This document shows, one piece after another, positions 1 to 10,144 of a DNA stretch of 64,000 nt. The position numbers and the translations under genes are program-made. The notes beneath the pieces are model-generated. The model saw nothing but the letters and a program-made list of their open reading frames with translations. It ran no database searches and was not told the origin of the DNA. This stretch comes from Vulcanimicrobiota bacterium (GTDB taxonomy: Bacteria; Vulcanimicrobiota; Vulcanimicrobiia; Vulcanimicrobiales; Vulcanimicrobiaceae). Every line of letters starts with the position of its first letter. The stretch's first letter is position 1. The DNA is taken from NCBI GenBank assembly GCA_963786105.1, contig CAWAXX010000012.1, positions 96,001 to 160,000 of the forward strand, given 5' to 3'.

Positions 1-455
1 GTCATGACTTCCTGTAGTTTCAAAAAGGCAACGATCGATCCGGCAAAGCTGACCGCACCGATAATTGCAGAGAGCACCAGCGACACGGCAATCACGTCGT
101 CCATGCTGACCGTGCCGCCGCGTGAAACGTAGAATTCGACGGTGGAGATCAACGCCGCCGCGCCGCCGCCGGCGCCATTATAGAGGGCGACCATCTGTGG
201 CATTGCGGTCATCTTGACTTTCAGCGCGGCATAGACGCCGATGACGCCGCCGACGATCGTTCCGACCGCGATCGCCCACCATCCTACGCCGAGCGTTTGC
301 ACGAGAACGCCTACCAGCGCGATGAACATGCCGATCATCGCCAGCCGGTTGCCGCGCCGTGCGGTGGCCGGCGAGTTCAGATCGTGGAGCCCGTAGATGA
401 AGAGTCCGATGGCGACGAGATCCGCTAAGGCGATGGCGAAGTCAACGCCGCTCAT
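1..455 (-). CDS. pntB: NAD(P) transhydrogenase subunit beta (5' part; runs off window)
   Basis: Manual translation from ATG 455: MSGVDFAIALADLVAIGLFIYGLHDLNSPATARRGNRLAMIGM..., later VKMTAMPQMVALYNGAGGGAA. ATGA overlap with the pntAB stop. Confidence 0.93.
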   Translation of the reverse strand, partial: MSGVDFAIALADLVAIGLFIYGLHDLNSPATARRGNRLAMIGMFIALVGVLVQTLGVGWWAIAVGTIVGGVIGVYAALKVKMTAMPQMVALYNGAGGGAAALISTVEFYVSRGGTVSMDDVIAVSLVLSAIIGAVSFAGSIVAFLKLQEVM

Positions 456-766
456 TTGCCGCCTTCTTTGCGGCGGAACATTTGCAGCATGCGTTCGGTG
501 ACGGCGAATCCGCCGAAGACGTTGATCGCACCCAAGGTGACCGCGAAAACGGCCAGGACCGTCAAGAGCGTTGAGTTCGCGCCTGCGCCGAACAACTGCG
601 CGACGATGACGATCGCGCCCGCCAACACGATGCCGTGAATGGCGTTGGTGGCCGACATCAGCGGGGTGTGCAGGGTCGTCGGCACCTTCGAGATGACTTC
701 GAAACCGACGAAAATCGCCAGCACGAGTACCGTCAGCAGGCTGATGTAATGCGACGCGTCGGTCAC
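452..766 (-). CDS. pntAB: NAD(P) transhydrogenase subunit alpha part 2 (membrane)
   Basis: KVPTTLHTPLMSATNAIHG and NVFGGFAVTERMLQMF motifs; lies between pntAA and pntB. Confidence 0.93.
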   Translation of the reverse strand: MTDASHYISLLTVLVLAIFVGFEVISKVPTTLHTPLMSATNAIHGIVLAGAIVIVAQLFGAGANSTLLTVLAVFAVTLGAINVFGGFAVTERMLQMFRRKEGGK

Positions 767-1887
767 GAAGCGCTTCCTCCAATCAAAACATTTCCATTGG
801 CCGCGACGCAGGCGCCCTTGGCGACGTCGTCGTTCATGTCGACGATCAGTTGACCGTCTTTGAGCCAGGGAGAGAGCAACGCGAAGACGTTGCGCGAGTA
901 CAGCTGGCTGGCGTGATACGGCATCGTCGAAGGGAGATTGGTCGTCCCGACGATGGTGACGCCGTTGCTCGAGGTGACGACTTGGTCGGCGATCGTCAGC
1001 TCGCAGTTCCCGCCGGCTTCGGCGGCAAGGTCGACGATGACGCTTCCCGGCTTCATCGCCGCCACAGCCGCGGCGCTAACGAGGATCGGCGCCTTTCTGC
1101 CCGGCACCAACGCCGTCGTAATGACGACGTCGTTACCGCCGATTTGCTCGACCATCCACGCGCGCTGCCGCTCTTGCTGTTCGGGCGTGAGCTCTTTGGC
1201 GTATCCGCCTGCGCCCTCTGCATCGGCGCCGAGGTCGAACTCCAAAAACGTCGCGCCCAGCGACTGCACCTGCTCTTTAACGGCGGCCCGAACGTCGTAG
1301 CCGCTCACGACGGCGCCGAGACGCCGGGCGGTCGCAATCGCTTGTAGGCCGGCAACGCCCGCCCCGAGTACCAGCACCTTGGCCGGCGGAATGGTTCCCG
1401 CGGCAGTCGTAAGCATCGGAAAGAATTTCGGCAGGGTGGCGGCGGCGAGCAGCACGGCCTTGTAGCCCGCAATGTTGCTTTGCGATGACAACGCGTCCAT
1501 CGACTGCGCGCGTGTGATGCGCGGAATCATTTCCATCGCGAGCGCGGTGACGCCGGCTTGCGCGAGCTCGCGCACGTAGCCGGGATCGCCTAGCGGGTTG
1601 AAAAACCCCACGACGACGGTGCCCGGCTTTAGCGCCGACAGCACCTCGGCACTCGGGCGCCCGACGGCCACCACGACATCGGCATTGCGCGCGATGGCGG
1701 CATCGTCGACAATGACCGCGCCGGCGCGGTCGTAGAGTTCGTCGGGAAATGCGGCGGCTTCGCCGGCACCGTGCGCGACGTGTACGGAAGCTCCGGACTT
1801 TACCAGTCTTGCGACCGTTTCGGGCACGAGCGCGACCCGGCGCTCGTGTAGAGCGGCCTCACGAGGAACGGCGACGATCATAGCCAC
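763..1887 (-). CDS. pntAA: NAD(P) transhydrogenase subunit alpha part 1 (NAD-binding)
   Basis: ERRVALVP, PRITRAQSMDALSSQSNIAGYKAV, GAGVAGLQA, GGYAKE, DLAAEAGGNC. Confidence 0.95.
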   Translation of the reverse strand: MAMIVAVPREAALHERRVALVPETVARLVKSGASVHVAHGAGEAAAFPDELYDRAGAVIVDDAAIARNADVVVAVGRPSAEVLSALKPGTVVVGFFNPLGDPGYVRELAQAGVTALAMEMIPRITRAQSMDALSSQSNIAGYKAVLLAAATLPKFFPMLTTAAGTIPPAKVLVLGAGVAGLQAIATARRLGAVVSGYDVRAAVKEQVQSLGATFLEFDLGADAEGAGGYAKELTPEQQERQRAWMVEQIGGNDVVITTALVPGRKAPILVSAAAVAAMKPGSVIVDLAAEAGGNCELTIADQVVTSSNGVTIVGTTNLPSTMPYHASQLYSRNVFALLSPWLKDGQLIVDMNDDVAKGACVAANGNVLIGGSAS

Positions 1888-1929
1888 CCGTGATACGTCC
1901 CAAGGAGCCCGACTCCCTCGGAGCCGGAG

Positions 1930-2307
1930 TTACCAGCCGATCGCGAAGAGCGCCATCGTGAGGATCAGGACGAAAGCGATAACGCCGCCGACGTGCACGC
2001 CGTGCTCGCGACGCAGTTTCCGGCCGCCGCCGTGGTAGGCAATGGCGAGATCGGTTAGCGATAGGACCACGCCGGCGATCGCCAGCACGATCAGCAGCGG
2101 GACGTCCCTAAAATACACGGCCGCACCCAGCACCGCGCCGATGGCAACGTCGCGAATGCCCGTGGCTCGCGCGAAACCGCGCGAGGCCTGACCGTCGAGC
2201 GGTAAGCCGTACGCGTGGGCCATGCGGTGCGGCGCAATCAGCGCGAAGATGCCGACGAGTATCAGCGCGAGCGCAACGATCCCGCCAGCGATCGACAGTG
2301 CCGTCAT
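1930..2307 (-). CDS. Small membrane protein, DUF4267-like
   Basis: About four hydrophobic segments; YGLP and GIRDVAIG motif; ATGA-coupled to the FAH gene. Confidence 0.6.
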   Translation of the reverse strand: MTALSIAGGIVALALILVGIFALIAPHRMAHAYGLPLDGQASRGFARATGIRDVAIGAVLGAAVYFRDVPLLIVLAIAGVVLSLTDLAIAYHGGGRKLRREHGVHVGGVIAFVLILTMALFAIGW

Positions 2308-3152
2308 GCGATCGAGATCGTGTTGCGCAGAACGCCGATCTTTTCGATGTCGACTTCCATAACGTCGCCTTCGGACAGAAACTCGGGCGGCCTGCGAGCG
2401 TAGCCGACGCCCGCCGGCGTTCCGGTTGCGATGACGTCGCCGGGAAGGAGCGTCATGCCCTTGCTGAGCTCGGCAATCAGACGAGGAATCCCAAACAGCA
2501 TTTGAGCGGTATTGCTGCGCTGCTTTTCCACGCCGTTGAGACGAAACGCGATATCAAGCGCCTGAGGGTCGCCGATTTCGTCGGCCGAAACGATCCACGG
2601 ACCGATGGGGCAACAATCGTCGAGGCTCTTGCCTTTGAACCATTGGCCGTGCTCGCGCTGGAGGTTGCGCGCGGTGACGTCGTTGAGCGCGGTGTAACCG
2701 AAAACGAAGTGCAGGGCATCGGCCTCGCTGACGTCCTTGCACTTCGCTGCGACGACCACGGCGAGCTCTGCCTCGAAATCGTATTCGGCGGAAAGTCTCG
2801 CCTGCAAGTGCAAGGTCGATTCGGGTCCGGCGATCGAGGTCGGTGCTTTGGTAAAGAACGTCGGTACTTCCGGAAGCCGTAGCTCGCGGCCGGCGGCAAT
2901 CGCGCCCTCTTTGGCGTGGTCGAGATAGTTCCGGCCGACGCAGAACACGTTGCGCGCAGGACGCACGGGAGCTTCGAGCCGCACGCCCGCAAACGGCACC
3001 AGCTCCTCCGAGGAATGCCACGCGATACGCTCGTGAGGGGCGAGTGCGATGTAGTCGCGCAACGTCGGCGTCGAGATTCGATGAATCGCGTCACCTTCGA
3101 CGACGCCGGGCGACGTTTCGCCTTCCGATGTTTTATAGGTGACGAAGCGCAT
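2304..3152 (-). CDS. Fumarylacetoacetate hydrolase family protein
   Basis: CVGRNYLDH, PTFFTK, DFEAELAVV, NDVTAR, WFKGKSLD, GDVIATGTPAGVG. Confidence 0.93.
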   Translation of the reverse strand: MRFVTYKTSEGETSPGVVEGDAIHRISTPTLRDYIALAPHERIAWHSSEELVPFAGVRLEAPVRPARNVFCVGRNYLDHAKEGAIAAGRELRLPEVPTFFTKAPTSIAGPESTLHLQARLSAEYDFEAELAVVVAAKCKDVSEADALHFVFGYTALNDVTARNLQREHGQWFKGKSLDDCCPIGPWIVSADEIGDPQALDIAFRLNGVEKQRSNTAQMLFGIPRLIAELSKGMTLLPGDVIATGTPAGVGYARRPPEFLSEGDVMEVDIEKIGVLRNTISIA

Positions 3153-3170
3153 CGACGCGTTCGATACGCC

Positions 3171-3731
3171 TCAGCCGTGCGGTATCGTGGGAAGCGGACT
3201 CGGCGACGGCGTTTTGGCGCCCGTGATGCTGTTGAGCGACGGAAGTTTCGCCCGCTGCGCTTGTTGCTGTTTCGCCGCCGCGTCGGCCTCTTTCTTGGCC
3301 GTGTCGATCATGACGTTGGCGGCGCCTTCGTCGTCGCCCCACGATCCGCCGGTCGAGATCAACGAAATCTTCCGCGCGACCGAATGATCTTTGGGGTTGT
3401 AATCGTAGGTCACCTTGAAGAGGCCGACCACGGCGCTACCGTCGCCCTTGCGAATCCACATTTGCAGCGCGTTGCCGTACGTTTGCGCGTTGAACGTGGG
3501 GTACTTGGTCCCTTTTCCCGATTTGATTCGCACGACTTGCCCGTGCTTGTTCACCTCGACGACGTACTCGGCGTGAAGCGGCACCGGCGGAAGGTGTGGC
3601 GGGGGCACCTTGATCGCGTGCGGCGTCGCGCTGGGTGTGGGGCTGGTGCCGGCGAATGCCGGGGCGCACGTCAGTGCCAGCATCGTTGCGAGCGCGACGG
3701 CTCCTAGGCATGGACTCTTCATATCCGCCAA
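3171..3731 (-). CDS. Secreted hypothetical protein with Pro-rich linker and possible TonB C-terminal-like domain
   Basis: Signal peptide ending AFA, Pro-rich stretch, then YVVEVNKHGQVVRIKSGKG...NALQMW, reminiscent of TonB_C. Start uncertain. Confidence 0.5.
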   Translation of the reverse strand: MADMKSPCLGAVALATMLALTCAPAFAGTSPTPSATPHAIKVPPPHLPPVPLHAEYVVEVNKHGQVVRIKSGKGTKYPTFNAQTYGNALQMWIRKGDGSAVVGLFKVTYDYNPKDHSVARKISLISTGGSWGDDEGAANVMIDTAKKEADAAAKQQQAQRAKLPSLNSITGAKTPSPSPLPTIPHG

Positions 3732-3818
3732 GCGCTTACGCGCGCTCGCCGCGCCGACCTCCCCACGCTTGGAGGCCCGAGCCTAGGCGGTCGCCGGGCG
3801 CCCAACGAAACTCGGAAC

Positions 3819-6173
3819 GTGTCCCTTCGAGCGTTCTCGATCTTCGCGCTTGCGTTAATGGTGAGCGCGATTCCCGTTCGAGCCGAGCGGCCGATCGTCG
3901 ACTTACACCGGCTCGACGCGTATTTTGCGTTGTTTGCCGGGGACTCGAACGTGCCGTGGAAGCCGACGACGGTGCGCTTAGATACCTACTCGAGCGCCCC
4001 GGTGCAGTTTTCGGTCTATCAAGTCGATCCGGTCGACGTTTTAACCGCCGGCTCGAACGCGCGCCCGCGAGCCATCTCGACGCGCGGACGCCGCCCGGTG
4101 GTCTCGTTCAACTTCGCACCTCCCGGCGGCTATCAATTTCAATCGAACGAAATCGACGTACAGCTCGGCTCGCGTGAAGGATTTTTCGTGGTCGAAGCTC
4201 GTCGCGGCGACGTCGGCGAGCAGGTTTGGATCAATCGTTCGCGAGTCGGTCTCGTTTCGAAGGAAACGCCCGGAGAACTCGTGCTATACGGTACCGACCT
4301 CGGGACCGGCCGTGCGTTAGAGCGCATGCGCGTGCAACTCGTCGTGAACAATACGTTCGCAACAGCGACGACCGACACGCACGGATTGATTCGTTGGGAA
4401 CGGTCGCCGCGGCCCGTTTTCGCGCTCGCGCAATGGGGCAACAGCTACGCATTCTTGAGCTTGCTGCCGCAGGCGCCGCTGCCGTCGACGATCGTCGTCG
4501 TGCGCACGGATTCGGCGGTCGTGCACGCCGGCGACGCGGTACGCGTCGTCGGATTCGCGCGAAGCCGGGCGGGAGACGTCTTACGACCGAGCGGCGGAAG
4601 CGCGACGGTGTCGCTTCGATCGGGGGCTAAGGCCATCGCCGAACAACGGGTGGCGCTCGATGGTGCCGGCGCCTTCGGTGCGACGTTCGTCGTCCCCGCC
4701 AATGCCGCCGCCGGCGATTACACGGTGCTCGCGCAAACGGGTGGCGGAATCGGCGGCGCGACCGTGCACGTGGATGCGAATTCCGGCGGCCTTTCGCTCG
4801 ACGTCACGGCGCAGTGCGGCGAGTCGTGCGATCCTGCGCAAGACGTGCCCCTTTCGATCCGTTCCTCGCACGGCGATGCCCTCGTGCACGTGATCGTCGT
4901 CCGCTCTCCTCACGTGTACCTCGGCTACGTGCCGGAAACGACGCCGTGGGCAACCACGGTTTGGCTGGATCGATCGGTGCGCACCGGCAGCGACGGTACG
5001 GCGACCGTGATGATTCCGCACCCCAACGACGAGCTCGGATCAACGTACGGCGTGCAAGTAGAATCGGGCGGCGCGACGGCCGACACCCGCATCATCGTGC
5101 CGACGGGGCGTGCGGTCATTCGATTGCACGTCGATCGCGACGAGCAGACGTTGGGAACGCCGCTTGGATTTGACGTCTATGCAAACGAAGCGGCAAGTGG
5201 GAAGCCGTTGACGGGGGCTATCGTCACCGTGCGGCTGACGCACGGTGCGGCCATCGCGCAGCAGCAGCTAACGCTCGACGGTGACGGCCACGCGCGCGGA
5301 AGTTTTAGCTCGCCGCAGCTTGGAACCGACTTGGTGTTCGCGAGCGTGGACGACTCGGGACGCGCGATGGACGCGGCAGCAGTGCAGGTCGACGCGCGTG
5401 CGACCGGGGCGACGTCACAAGAGGGAAGTCCCGACGTGCACGTTTCCCTCGGCAGGCCCGCCTATCGCGGTGGCGACGACGTGAGCGTCGATGCCGTCGC
5501 GCCCGGATCGAGCGGCGATAGTCTGATCACGTTCGAGAGCGCGCAGGGAGCGCAAGCCGCCGTGGTGGCGACGTCGAACGGCCGTGCTTCGGCGCATTTT
5601 CGCGCCGCCGATGCGACCGGCGAACTGCGCGTCGGATCGGCTTTCGTTCGTGACGGTGCCATCGAGTGGGCCACGGTCCCCCTCGTGCTCGACGCTCCCG
5701 GCCGTCCCGAGTTCGCGCCGCTCGTGTTGGACCACGACGCGAGTTACGCACCTGGACAAGCCGCAACGATCGCTTTCCGGAGCACTCCCTCAGGCGGCGG
5801 GACGATCGCCGTGCGCCTTAGCCGCGGCGACCCGTCGGGTACCGCCCTGTTCGATTCGGCGCCGGCGCTGCTTGCAATCGGCGTCGCGGCGACGCAGACC
5901 AGCGCTCCGGCGGCGACTACCTGGCACCCGTGGGTCGATTCAACCGGCGACCACGCGCAAGTGCTGGGCTTCGTGCGGCGAACGCAGCCGCCTCCGCAAA
6001 TTGCGCTCGCGCAGGCGGAATCGCACCCGATTTCGTGGAGCGTTGAGCGAACGACGGGCGACGCGTTCGCCGTGCAGATGCCGGCTCAAAGCGGACGCTA
6101 TAACTTGTCGGTTCTCAGAATATCAGACGACGGAAGCGTGAGCGCGGGTTCCTCCGGAGTCGTGGTACGCTGA
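3819..6173 (+). CDS. Secreted alpha-2-macroglobulin-like (MG-domain) protein lacking the thioester half
   Basis: Signal peptide; TDLGTGRAL..ATTDTHG, RTDSAVVHAGDAVRVVGFAR (MG2-like) and LGRPAYRGGDDVSV motifs. 784 aa, no CxEQ. Confidence 0.65.
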   Translation: MSLRAFSIFALALMVSAIPVRAERPIVDLHRLDAYFALFAGDSNVPWKPTTVRLDTYSSAPVQFSVYQVDPVDVLTAGSNARPRAISTRGRRPVVSFNFAPPGGYQFQSNEIDVQLGSREGFFVVEARRGDVGEQVWINRSRVGLVSKETPGELVLYGTDLGTGRALERMRVQLVVNNTFATATTDTHGLIRWERSPRPVFALAQWGNSYAFLSLLPQAPLPSTIVVVRTDSAVVHAGDAVRVVGFARSRAGDVLRPSGGSATVSLRSGAKAIAEQRVALDGAGAFGATFVVPANAAAGDYTVLAQTGGGIGGATVHVDANSGGLSLDVTAQCGESCDPAQDVPLSIRSSHGDALVHVIVVRSPHVYLGYVPETTPWATTVWLDRSVRTGSDGTATVMIPHPNDELGSTYGVQVESGGATADTRIIVPTGRAVIRLHVDRDEQTLGTPLGFDVYANEAASGKPLTGAIVTVRLTHGAAIAQQQLTLDGDGHARGSFSSPQLGTDLVFASVDDSGRAMDAAAVQVDARATGATSQEGSPDVHVSLGRPAYRGGDDVSVDAVAPGSSGDSLITFESAQGAQAAVVATSNGRASAHFRAADATGELRVGSAFVRDGAIEWATVPLVLDAPGRPEFAPLVLDHDASYAPGQAATIAFRSTPSGGGTIAVRLSRGDPSGTALFDSAPALLAIGVAATQTSAPAATTWHPWVDSTGDHAQVLGFVRRTQPPPQIALAQAESHPISWSVERTTGDAFAVQMPAQSGRYNLSVLRISDDGSVSAGSSGVVVR

Positions 6174-6194
6174 CCCAGTGAGGTTGCCGATTTC

Positions 6195-8822
6195 ATGAGT
6201 CTGATGTTGCTCGACACCTATGGGCTAGTGTACCGCGCGTTCTTCGCGTTGCCGGGCTTGACCACAAGCAAGGGCGTTCCGATCAATGCAGCCTACGGTT
6301 TTACGATGATGCTCAACAAGCTCATCGCCGACGAGAAGCCGACGCACGTGATCGCTGCCTTCGACAAAGGCATGCCGGCGGAGCGCGTCGCTCTTTACAA
6401 GGAATACAAAGCCCAGCGTACGGCGATGCCCGACGAGCTGCGAAGCCAGTTTGGACTGGTTCGGCGCATTCTCGACGCCCATCGCATTCCGATCGTCGAG
6501 TTCGAGGGACAAGAAGCCGACGACGTCATCGCGACACTCGCGCGGCACGCCGAGGAGGCCGGCGAGCAAACGGTGGTCGTGACCGGCGATCTCGACCTGT
6601 TGCAGATCGTCGACGACCGGACGACCGTGTTGACGACGCGTCGTGGCATCACCGAACTGGGACGGTACGACCCGGCCGCCGTGCGCGAGCGCTTTGGACT
6701 GGACCCCTCGCAGCTTCCCGACTACCGCGGACTTAAAGGCGATCCGTCCGATAATCTTCCCGGCATTCCCAGCATCGGCGAAAAAACCGCAACCAAACTC
6801 CTGCAGGCTGCCGGATCGCTCGACGCTCTTATTGCGGATCCGAGCTTGGCGGGAAGCCCCAAGCTGCAGAAACTCATCGAAACCTATGGCGAGCAGGCCT
6901 GTCTGTGCCGCGCGGTGTCGATCGTGCGACGCGATCTGCCGTTGAGCGTCGACTGGGATGCCAGCCGGTACGTCGCGCCCGCCGATAGCGATCTCTACCA
7001 CCTCTATAGGGAACTCGAGTTCAAATCGTTGGTGGCGAAGTTGCAGGCGCCGGCGGAACTGCCGCTTCTCGAAAATCAACCGCAGCTTTCGGGCAACTAC
7101 CAGAACTACGTCGCGTCGGTCGATCCGCCCGAGTTCGTGCGGCTGGGAGAGCAACTCCGGGCACTCGCCGCCAGTCCGCAAGTCGCCTTCGCAACGTTGG
7201 GCGACGCTCTGGGTGCGAGCGGCCGAGCGGGGACCGGGGTTGGATTCGCAACCGATGCGTTGGTCTACGAGCCCGTACGGGACGCATTACGCGCGATTTT
7301 CGACGCCGATGTCTCGACGAGCGCGTACGATGCAAAGCGCGTCGTGCGGTTGCTGCGCGACGGCGGGATATCGAACGCGCGCTTCAACGACGACGCCATG
7401 ATCGGCGCGCATCTGCTCGATCCGTCGCGCGGATTTGCCGATCTCGAAGACGCGGCTGCCGTATTTCTGAACGCCGGGCTTCCCGGCGAAGCCGCCGCGC
7501 ACGCCGACGCGACGCTGCAGCTCGTCGAAAAAATCCGACCCGCGTTAGCGGAACGCGATCAGCTGCGTCTCTACCAGGACGTCGAGGTGCCGCTCGCGCC
7601 GGTGCTCGCCGCCATGGAAGCAGTCGGCGTCGCGATCGATCCGCGCGAACTGCATGCGATCGGTCGCGAGGTCGACGAAGCGGCCGCGCGCCTGCAAAAA
7701 CGCGTCTACGATTTTGCGGGCGAGGAGTTCAACATCGGGTCGCCCCAGCAGCTCGGACGAATTCTCTTCGAGAAGCTCCAGATTCCCGGCGGCAAGAAAA
7801 CCAAGACCGGTTGGGCGACCGGGGTCGAGGTGCTGCAGGTCTTGGCGCGCGAGTACCCGATCTGTTCGCTGGTCTTGGACTGGCGCGAAGTTACCAAGCT
7901 CAAGAACACCTACATCGACGTCATTCCCGGGTTGGTCGACGCGCGCGATGGCCGGCTGCACACGGCCTTCAATCAGACGGCGACGGCCACCGGCCGGCTC
8001 TCGTCGACCAATCCGAACTTGCAGAACATCCCGGTGCGCGGCGATCTCGGACGGCGCATCCGGCGGGCCTTCGTCGCCCGCAACGACGATTACGTGCTGC
8101 TAGCCGCCGACTACAGCCAAATCGAGTTACGCCTGATGGCGCATCTTTCCGGCGACGAAGCGATGCGCAGCGCCTTCGAGGAAGGTCAAGACATTCACGA
8201 CTTCACGGCCCGGCAAATTTTCAGCGTCCCGCCCGGCGAGCGTGTCGATGCCAACCAGCGCCGCATGGCTAAGAGCGTGAATTTCGGTCTTTTCTACGGC
8301 ATGAGCGACTTCGGGCTGGCCCAACGCCTGGAAATCGGCCGCGCCGAGGCCAAGGAGATCACGACGGCGTACTTCGCCCGCTTTCCCTCGGTGCGCGACT
8401 TCATCGACCGTACGATCGCCGACGGGCGGCGCAATGGATACGTGTCGACGATTCTCGGTCGCCGGCGATACATGCCGGGCCTTACCTCCGGGAATTACAT
8501 GCTGCGTGCCGCGGCCGAGCGCGAAGCAACCAATGCGCCGCTGCAAGGCAGCGCGGCCGATCTCATGAAGCTGGCGATGGTGCACATCGACGGCGCGCTC
8601 GCAACGTCGGGCCTCGACGCGACGTTGCTCTTACAGATTCACGACGAACTGATCTTCGAGGTTGTCGCAACGCAGCGTTATGACGTCGCCAACCTAGTGC
8701 GCAATCACATGGAGCACGCCTTCGCGCTGTCGGTTCCGCTGGAAGTGACCCTCAAGTCCGGCCGCAACTGGTACGACGTCGAAACCATGCTCGACGCTGC
8801 GGAGGTACCCTCGAGTGCGTGA
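6195..8822 (+). CDS. polA: DNA polymerase I
   Basis: 5'-3' exonuclease (YRAFFA, EADDVIATL, GDPSDNLPG); polymerase motifs TGRLSSTNPNLQNIP, ADYSQIELR, RRMAKSVNFG, LQIHDEL. Confidence 0.98.
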   Translation: MSLMLLDTYGLVYRAFFALPGLTTSKGVPINAAYGFTMMLNKLIADEKPTHVIAAFDKGMPAERVALYKEYKAQRTAMPDELRSQFGLVRRILDAHRIPIVEFEGQEADDVIATLARHAEEAGEQTVVVTGDLDLLQIVDDRTTVLTTRRGITELGRYDPAAVRERFGLDPSQLPDYRGLKGDPSDNLPGIPSIGEKTATKLLQAAGSLDALIADPSLAGSPKLQKLIETYGEQACLCRAVSIVRRDLPLSVDWDASRYVAPADSDLYHLYRELEFKSLVAKLQAPAELPLLENQPQLSGNYQNYVASVDPPEFVRLGEQLRALAASPQVAFATLGDALGASGRAGTGVGFATDALVYEPVRDALRAIFDADVSTSAYDAKRVVRLLRDGGISNARFNDDAMIGAHLLDPSRGFADLEDAAAVFLNAGLPGEAAAHADATLQLVEKIRPALAERDQLRLYQDVEVPLAPVLAAMEAVGVAIDPRELHAIGREVDEAAARLQKRVYDFAGEEFNIGSPQQLGRILFEKLQIPGGKKTKTGWATGVEVLQVLAREYPICSLVLDWREVTKLKNTYIDVIPGLVDARDGRLHTAFNQTATATGRLSSTNPNLQNIPVRGDLGRRIRRAFVARNDDYVLLAADYSQIELRLMAHLSGDEAMRSAFEEGQDIHDFTARQIFSVPPGERVDANQRRMAKSVNFGLFYGMSDFGLAQRLEIGRAEAKEITTAYFARFPSVRDFIDRTIADGRRNGYVSTILGRRRYMPGLTSGNYMLRAAAEREATNAPLQGSAADLMKLAMVHIDGALATSGLDATLLLQIHDELIFEVVATQRYDVANLVRNHMEHAFALSVPLEVTLKSGRNWYDVETMLDAAEVPSSA

Positions 8823-9268
8823 CGGGTTCGGAGCGATCGTCTTCGCGCTGGTTACGACCGTTGCCGCCAATCTCGGCGCCGCCGATGCCCGTCGTGGTCG
8901 TCCACGCGCCCAACGCCGATCTGCGTCTAGAAGTCGCAATCACGCCGGCGCAGCAAGAACGCGGGCTCATGGGCCGTACGTCGATGGCACCGCACGCGGG
9001 GATGCTGTTTGTCTTCGATCGCGACGAGTCGGTAGAATTCTGGATGAAGAACACGCTGATCCCACTCGACATGGTCTTCGTCGGCGCGGACGGTAAGGTG
9101 CGCAGAGTGTTTGCGAACGTGGCGACCGTCCCGCCGGCTCTTCCCGACGACGAGATTCCGCGCGAACCCGGAACGGCGAAGTACGTCATCGAGCTCGGCG
9201 CCAACGAGGCTCAACGCGACGGTATCGGGACTGGAGTCCGGCTGGTCATTCCTACGACGGCACCGTAA
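8819..9268 (+). CDS. DUF192 family protein
   Basis: EVA.TP.QQERGLMGR, GMLFVF, FWMKNTLIPLDMVF, YVIEL. GTGA overlap with the polA stop. Confidence 0.88.
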   Translation: MTGSERSSSRWLRPLPPISAPPMPVVVVHAPNADLRLEVAITPAQQERGLMGRTSMAPHAGMLFVFDRDESVEFWMKNTLIPLDMVFVGADGKVRRVFANVATVPPALPDDEIPREPGTAKYVIELGANEAQRDGIGTGVRLVIPTTAP

Positions 9269-9277
9269 GGGCTGCCG

Positions 9278-10090
9278 ATGCCCGAGCTCCCCGAAGTCGA
9301 GACGATCGTACGCGGCCTGGCCGGAACGATCGTCGGCAAGCAGATCGAACGTGCCGAGGTCAGGCTCGCGAAAATCGCGGTCGCGCCTCCCCGGGTTGCC
9401 TTCGTCAAAGCCCTTCGCGGGGAACGGATTGCCGGCACCCGTCGCCGCGGTAAGTATGCCATCGTCGATTTGTCCTCCGGGCGCAGTCTGGTAACGGGAT
9501 TGCGGATGACGGGCCGCCTAGTCGTGCAAGGCCCCGGAGAGCCCGACCTTCCGGGTACCCACGTCGTGCTGTGGTTCGCCGACGGCAGCCGGCTGAGCTT
9601 CGCCGATCTGCGGACCTTCGGCCGCATGCGGCTCGTCGAACCGGCCGAGCCGTGGGACCACCATCTCGGGATAGAGCCGTTCTCTTCAGGCTTTACACCC
9701 GAAGCCTTTATGAGTATGCTTGCGGGGCGGACGACGCCGATCAAGGCTTTGCTCCTCGATCAGCGGCGCATTGCGGGCATAGGAAACATCTATGCGTGCG
9801 AGGCGCTGTGGGAGGCCCGGATCCGTCCGAGCCGTCCCGCACAGGCGTTGACGAAACCAGCGATTCGCCGGTTACACCTCGCCATCGTCGACGTTTTGCA
9901 ACGCGCGATCACCTTGCGCGGAACGAGCGTGGACGATTACGTGGATGCTGCCGGCCTCCGAGGCGGATTTCAAAACGTCCTCTCGGTGTACGGCAGACTC
10001 GGCAAACCGTGCGTGCGATGCGGCCGTCCGATCGTACGAACGGTCCTGGGGCAACGCGGGACCTGGTGGTGCCGGCGATGCCAGCGGTGA
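9278..10090 (+). CDS. mutM: Formamidopyrimidine-DNA glycosylase
   Basis: MPELPEVET, RRGKY, LRMTG, LLDQRRIAGIGNIYACEAL, C-terminal CxxC...CxxCQ zinc finger. Confidence 0.97.
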   Translation: MPELPEVETIVRGLAGTIVGKQIERAEVRLAKIAVAPPRVAFVKALRGERIAGTRRRGKYAIVDLSSGRSLVTGLRMTGRLVVQGPGEPDLPGTHVVLWFADGSRLSFADLRTFGRMRLVEPAEPWDHHLGIEPFSSGFTPEAFMSMLAGRTTPIKALLLDQRRIAGIGNIYACEALWEARIRPSRPAQALTKPAIRRLHLAIVDVLQRAITLRGTSVDDYVDAAGLRGGFQNVLSVYGRLGKPCVRCGRPIVRTVLGQRGTWWCRRCQR

Positions 10091-10144
10091 CGTTCGCGAC
10101 GAAACAGTATTACAAAATATTAAATGTAAGGTAGGAATCTCAAC

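Noticed and set aside
7080..7560. Degenerate 3'-5' exonuclease domain in PolA
   Set aside because: Loss of proofreading residues is common in Pol I of Terrabacteria; not novel.
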